From contig OY970355.1 in the NCBI GenBank assembly GCA_963718525.1, positions 2,080,001 to 2,144,000 on the forward strand: a stretch of 64,000 bases of DNA, given 5' to 3'. This document shows, piece by piece, positions 60,165-64,000 of this stretch. Origin of the DNA: Candidatus Dormiibacterota bacterium (GTDB taxonomy: Bacteria > Chloroflexota > Dormibacteria > Aeolococcales > Aeolococcaceae). Both the position numbers and the translations under genes were made by a program. Positions within the stretch are counted from its first letter, which is position 1; the number at the start of each line of letters is the position of its first letter. The notes beneath the pieces were generated by a model. It had not been told where the DNA came from. It made no database searches and saw only the letters and a program-made list of their open reading frames with translations.

Positions 60165-61246
60165 CGTCCTTCCTCCTTGGCTGTTTCTGCGCGTTGCTGC
60201 TCGATGCGAGTGGGCAGAACGTCGTACACGTGCTGAAAGATGTAATCGGAATCCGGCCGCGGGAGCGCCGATGCCGCTTTCTGTGCGGCATCGAGCTCGA
60301 GCCGGATCTCTGCTTTGAGAGCTTCGACATCGACTTCCGTCAACAGGCCGTGCGCGATCACATACCGTTCCACGCGGGCCAGCGGATCATTCGCGACCGC
60401 CGCCGCCACCTCGGCCTGGTGACGGTAGTCATTCGGGTTGTCCGAGGTGTTGTGAAAGCCAACTCGGTATGTCCGGCATTCGATGAGGGTCGGCCCCCCG
60501 CCTGCAAGGGCGCGGGTCACGGCTTCGTGGGATGCGGCGTACACCGCGAAGAGGTCGTCCCCGTCCACCACGACGCCGGGCATCCCGTATCCGAGCGCTC
60601 GGGAGGCGAGACTCGCCGCCGCGGTCTGTTTGTGAAATGGGGTCGAGATGGCGTACTGGTTGTTGATGACAACGATGACGAGCGGGACGCGCATCACCCC
60701 GGCAAGGTTCAGCAACTCGTGGAAATCGCCCTCCGAGGAAGCCCCGTCGCCGCAATAGACCATGACCGCTGCGTGCTCGTGGCGTAGCTTCATCGCCCAG
60801 GCCAACCCCGCGGCGTGCGGTAGCTGCGCGCCGATGGCCTGCTGCCGAGGCAGCAATTTGACGCCTTGCGGGATTCCCGCATGGTTCAGGCGCCCCATGT
60901 ATCCGGCGAAGAAATTGATCAGGGGAAGCCCGTGCCGGATCATGGCCGGCTGTTCGCGCGATGCGGGCACCATCCAGTCCCGGTCTGGGTCGAGCGCCAT
61001 CGCGGATCCGACAACGGCTGCCTCCTGCCCGTGCACCGGGGCGTAGAGACCGACACGTTTCAGGCGTTGGAGCTTGGTGGCCAGGTCGTCGATGGCTCGG
61101 GACTGGATCATGAGCCGGTATGCCTCGAGGATCTGATCCCTGCGCATCGGCACGGCGCCATCCACCTGGCCGTCGGGATTGAGGGGCTGCAGGGGAACCA
61201 CCGCGTGGTTGCCGGGTCCGGCCGTCACGGCGGGTTGGCGCGCCAT
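60161..61246 (-). CDS. 2-oxoacid dehydrogenase E1 alpha (PDH/BCKDH type)
   Basis: GQEA, GDGASSEGDFHE..N...NNQYAIS TPP motif, YR...H.TSD. Confidence 0.93.
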   Translation of the reverse strand: MARQPAVTAGPGNHAVVPLQPLNPDGQVDGAVPMRRDQILEAYRLMIQSRAIDDLATKLQRLKRVGLYAPVHGQEAAVVGSAMALDPDRDWMVPASREQPAMIRHGLPLINFFAGYMGRLNHAGIPQGVKLLPRQQAIGAQLPHAAGLAWAMKLRHEHAAVMVYCGDGASSEGDFHELLNLAGVMRVPLVIVVINNQYAISTPFHKQTAAASLASRALGYGMPGVVVDGDDLFAVYAASHEAVTRALAGGGPTLIECRTYRVGFHNTSDNPNDYRHQAEVAAAVANDPLARVERYVIAHGLLTEVDVEALKAEIRLELDAAQKAASALPRPDSDYIFQHVYDVLPTRIEQQRAETAKEEGR

Positions 61247-62271
61247 CAGCCTTCCACAGCCTTTCGTACGGCGCTGATGATGCGTGGGACGGTCGGAAGC
61301 CACGCGTCTTCGAGCGCACCCGGGGGATAGGGCACATCGCGTCCGCCAACGCGGAGCACTGGGGAATCGAGTGACATGAACGCCTCCTCGTGGAGGGTGG
61401 CCGAGATCTCGGCACCGAATCCGCCGGTGAGCGGCGCCTCGTGCACGACCACCGCTCGTCCCGTGCTCGTCACTGCATGAACCAGCCCGTCGACATCAAG
61501 GGGGACCAATGTTCGAATGTCGAGCACCGCTGCCGAGATGCCGCTCGAATCGAGCTCGGCGGCCGCGGCGAGGCAGAGATGCACGGCTGCTCCCCACGCG
61601 ATCAGGGTGACGTCGGAACCCTGGCGCACGAGACGAGAGCGTCCGAACGGCAGCGGATCGTCGCGCACGGTGACTGGTCCTCTGACGGTGCGATACAAGC
61701 GCTGGGGCTCGACGAAGAGCACCGGATCGGGGTCTCGGATCGCCATGCTCAGCATGTTCCGCGCGTCGTCGGGGAACGCCGGACACACGATCTTGATGCC
61801 CGGGGTTTGCGCGAACTGCAACTCGACCGCGTCGGCATGGAACTCCGGGGTCCGAACGCCACCCCCGTCAGGCGCGCGAATGGTCACGGGCATCGGATAG
61901 CGGCCGCGCGATCGAGAGCGGAATCGCGCGAGCTGTGGGCCGACCTGATGAAAGGCCTGATACGTGAAGCCGAGAAACTGAATCTCCGGCACCGGAATCA
62001 TGCCCCCGATTGCGAGGCCCACCGATGCGCCGACAATGCTCGCCTCGGCCAGCGGGGTGTCGAAGACGCGATCGACGCCGAAGCGCTGTTGCAGTCCCTG
62101 GGTGACGCGAAACACGCCACCAAGTGTCCCCACGTCCATGCCGAAGACCACGACACGCTCGTCGCGCGCCATCTCCTCAAAGAGAGCGGCACGGATCGCC
62201 TCGAGGATCGACATCTCCTCGGTGGCCGGCGCCGCCTTTGCCTGGTGCACCACGGTCTGGACATCCGTCAT
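61246..62271 (-). CDS. 2-oxoacid dehydrogenase E1 beta
   Basis: DVG..GGVFR.T.GL, RVFDTPLAE, EIQF, DPV.F.EP, VHEA, GFGAEI. Confidence 0.93.
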   Translation of the reverse strand: MTDVQTVVHQAKAAPATEEMSILEAIRAALFEEMARDERVVVFGMDVGTLGGVFRVTQGLQQRFGVDRVFDTPLAEASIVGASVGLAIGGMIPVPEIQFLGFTYQAFHQVGPQLARFRSRSRGRYPMPVTIRAPDGGGVRTPEFHADAVELQFAQTPGIKIVCPAFPDDARNMLSMAIRDPDPVLFVEPQRLYRTVRGPVTVRDDPLPFGRSRLVRQGSDVTLIAWGAAVHLCLAAAAELDSSGISAAVLDIRTLVPLDVDGLVHAVTSTGRAVVVHEAPLTGGFGAEISATLHEEAFMSLDSPVLRVGGRDVPYPPGALEDAWLPTVPRIISAVRKAVEG

Positions 62272-62288
62272 GGGGTTGCTCCCAATAT

Positions 62289-62303
62289 TGGAATGCCATT
62301 CTA
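62289..62303. promoter_or_regulatory. Operator motif B overlapping the -10 of the E1beta-E1alpha-E2-iclR operon
   Basis: TGGAATGCCATTCTA; the minus strand begins TAGAAT. Confidence 0.7.
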
Positions 62304-62667
62304 CTCTTGGGCTCAGGGCGTGAACGAGATCTTCGTTGATGCCTCCGGCAACATCTACCCAACGACTACGGCGATGAGAGGATCGAGGTGTTCATCCACC
62401 GCATTGAGGATGACCCAGGCGTTTGACGCTTTCAAAGCATTTGCGCTATGGTGTTTGCACCGGGGGTAAGGGCTGAATTCGCCAGGGGGAGGCGACGACC
62501 TGGGCGCAAGGGGCTTCTCACCGACCGGTTAGCGAGACCTCGCCGCCCGACCACCCGAGTCGCGGGCGGCAGGTCCCGCGCCATTCGTGGCGCGGAACCA
62601 CTTGACGGAACCCCTCTAACACCGCGATCATGTCGCGGTCCCCGGTAGCCCGTTGAGTGGAGAAAGG

Positions 62668-62808
62668 GTGCCCGGATTCAGTGTTCTTGTGACGTCGCAG
62701 GTGTGGGCGAGCGCGCACGCTCGGCACAGTGGGCTGCTCCACGCGACCTTCGCCGCGCCGCTCCGTGCTGACGTCGTCATCGCCATTGCCGCTGTCGCGC
62801 ATACATAG
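62668..62808 (+). CDS. Possible 46-aa leader/small protein
   Basis: GGAGAAAGG then GTG; open to TAG 15 nt before the cupredoxin ATG; no recognisable family. Confidence 0.3.
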   Translation: MPGFSVLVTSQVWASAHARHSGLLHATFAAPLRADVVIAIAAVAHT

Positions 62809-62823
62809 AGGTAAGGCACACCC

Positions 62824-63453
62824 ATGCGATCGAGATTCTGGTATCTGGTAGGCGGCCTGGTCGTGGCAGGGGTGGCGGTCGGGTTCTTCGTGACCCGGTT
62901 CCTCAACCCGACGCCGCCGCAGATCACGGCTACCACGACGTCGGAGACCCTCCTGGGCCGCCCAGTCGTGAACTTCACTCTGACTACGGTCGCCGCCGTC
63001 GGCACCGCCGGTCAGGGAAATGGCGCGCATCCGAACTGGGTCGGCTATCTGCCCACCACCTATCTCAAGGTCCCTGCCGGGGCCGTCGTGCACATGACCA
63101 TCGATCAGCAGGACGGTCAGACCGGGCTCCGGAATGAATACCTCGGCCTTGTCAGAGGCACGATCAACAACCAGATGACTGTGGACGGCAAGGTCATGGG
63201 CGCGATCGATCCGTCTCTCGCTGCCCACACGTTCACCGTCCCGGACCTCGGACTGAGCGTTCCATTGGAGGGTGTCCCGGCGAACGCCGCAGCCAACGCG
63301 CAGATCGTGATCGAGTTCAGCTTCGTGGTGCCCGACAAGCCCGGCCTCTTCCGGTGGCAGTGCTTCGTCCCCTGTGCCGCGGGGACGCTCTACGGCAACG
63401 GCGGCCCAATGCAAACGCTCGGCTACATGGCCGGCGAGCTCCAGGTGGGCTGA
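62824..63453 (+). CDS. Membrane-anchored cupredoxin-fold (sulfocyanin/rusticyanin-like) protein
   Basis: N-terminal TM helix; HTFT...PG.F.WQCFVPC...GYM.G.L.V; directly upstream of oxidase subunit II. Confidence 0.7.
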   Translation: MRSRFWYLVGGLVVAGVAVGFFVTRFLNPTPPQITATTTSETLLGRPVVNFTLTTVAAVGTAGQGNGAHPNWVGYLPTTYLKVPAGAVVHMTIDQQDGQTGLRNEYLGLVRGTINNQMTVDGKVMGAIDPSLAAHTFTVPDLGLSVPLEGVPANAAANAQIVIEFSFVVPDKPGLFRWQCFVPCAAGTLYGNGGPMQTLGYMAGELQVG

Positions 63454-63455
63454 CG

Positions 63456-64000
63456 ATGAGAAATCGAGCAGCGACCGGCCGGTTGGGGGTTGCCATCTGG
63501 ATCGTGGTTGCCGTCCTCGGCGACATCGCTCTAGCTCTCGCCCCCATCCCGCCCGGGCAGGCAGCGACCCTCGCGTCCGATGAGAGCGAGGTCATCAGGA
63601 TCCTCGCGATGGCCGGCTGGCCGATCTTCTTCGGCGTGTTGATGGGTCTCTACTTCATGCTCTTCTTGAATCGCGTCGCCCCTTCCGAGCGCGAGGTACC
63701 GCCCGGCGAACTCAGGGGCAACTCGCGTCTCCAGACGACGTGGATCGTCACGAGCGTAGTTCTGGTGCTCATCCTCGCCACCTATGGGACCGTCGAGCTC
63801 GCGAATGAGGAACCCGGAGCCGGGGTCCCGACTTCTGCGACGGCGCTTTCGCTTCCCACGTCCCCGAGCCAGCCGCTCGAGGTCCAGGTCATTGCACAGC
63901 AATGGTGGTTCACGTACAGGTATCCAGCGTATGGCGGCATCGAGACAGCGCAACTTGTGCTGCCGGTCGGGCAGAAGATTGAGTTCAATGTCACTTCCCT
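63456..64000 (+). CDS. coxB: Cytochrome c oxidase subunit II, 3'-truncated by window edge
   Basis: Translated by hand: TM helices, GNSRLQTTW, LEVQVIAQQWWFTYRYP, LVLPVGQKIEFNVTS. Confidence 0.9.
   Translation, partial: MRNRAATGRLGVAIWIVVAVLGDIALALAPIPPGQAATLASDESEVIRILAMAGWPIFFGVLMGLYFMLFLNRVAPSEREVPPGELRGNSRLQTTWIVTSVVLVLILATYGTVELANEEPGAGVPTSATALSLPTSPSQPLEVQVIAQQWWFTYRYPAYGGIETAQLVLPVGQKIEFNVTS

Noticed and set aside
21760-62303. Island as a mobile element or secondary-metabolite biosynthetic cluster
   Set aside because: No integrase, transposase, tRNA or flanking direct repeats seen; no NRPS, PKS, NIS synthetase or RiPP precursor; importers and lyases point to catabolism.
62422-62436. 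TTTGA-N5-TCAAA as an FNR box upstream of the oxidase operon
   Set aside because: Spacing and core do not fit TTGAT-N4-ATCAA, and it is a single occurrence far from the putative promoter.
1-64000. CRISPR arrays, tRNA, rRNA, riboswitches
   Set aside because: No regularly spaced repeats or recognisable structured-RNA signatures by eye; an Infernal/Rfam scan would be needed to exclude small RNAs.

Overview
GC-rich bacterial chromosomal segment. The style suggests a soil Actinomycetota, Chloroflexota or Dormibacterota organism; this is inference. I saw no rRNA, tRNA, CRISPR array, transposase or integrase. Bases 1-21.7 kb hold mixed genes: MarR, a small Zn-ribbon protein, DUF1003, a CCAEP-tail B12-domain radical SAM, a cyclase, a large secreted phosphoesterase-like protein, a VOC protein, a LacI-controlled Opp-type ABC + GH3 beta-glucosidase operon, citrate synthase, a chromate transporter pair, a 2-hydroxyacid dehydrogenase and isocitrate dehydrogenase. 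Bases 21.8-62.3 kb form a ~40 kb catabolic island. It encodes PrpB, two more beta-decarboxylating dehydrogenases, three MmgE/PrpD proteins, a DRE-TIM protein, an amidohydrolase, RraA, three CoA-transferases (one Mct-like), a CitE-like lyase, hydantoinase A/B, FAH, a Liv-type ABC, a flavoprotein, an MLE-type enolase, MaoC, AtuA/DUF4387 and an atypical 2-oxoacid dehydrogenase. Two recurrent operator motifs tie the island together (TATA-N3-TATA and TGGAAT-N3-ATTCCA), and several of its enzymes have non-canonical active-site motifs. It matches no pathway I know and is the best candidate for an undescribed system, probably catabolism of a branched C5/C6 (poly)carboxylate or its lactam/amide. The window ends in a cupredoxin + cytochrome c oxidase subunit II operon. 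Four genes carry +1 frameshifts that look like sequencing errors. All product calls come from motif recognition, not database searches.
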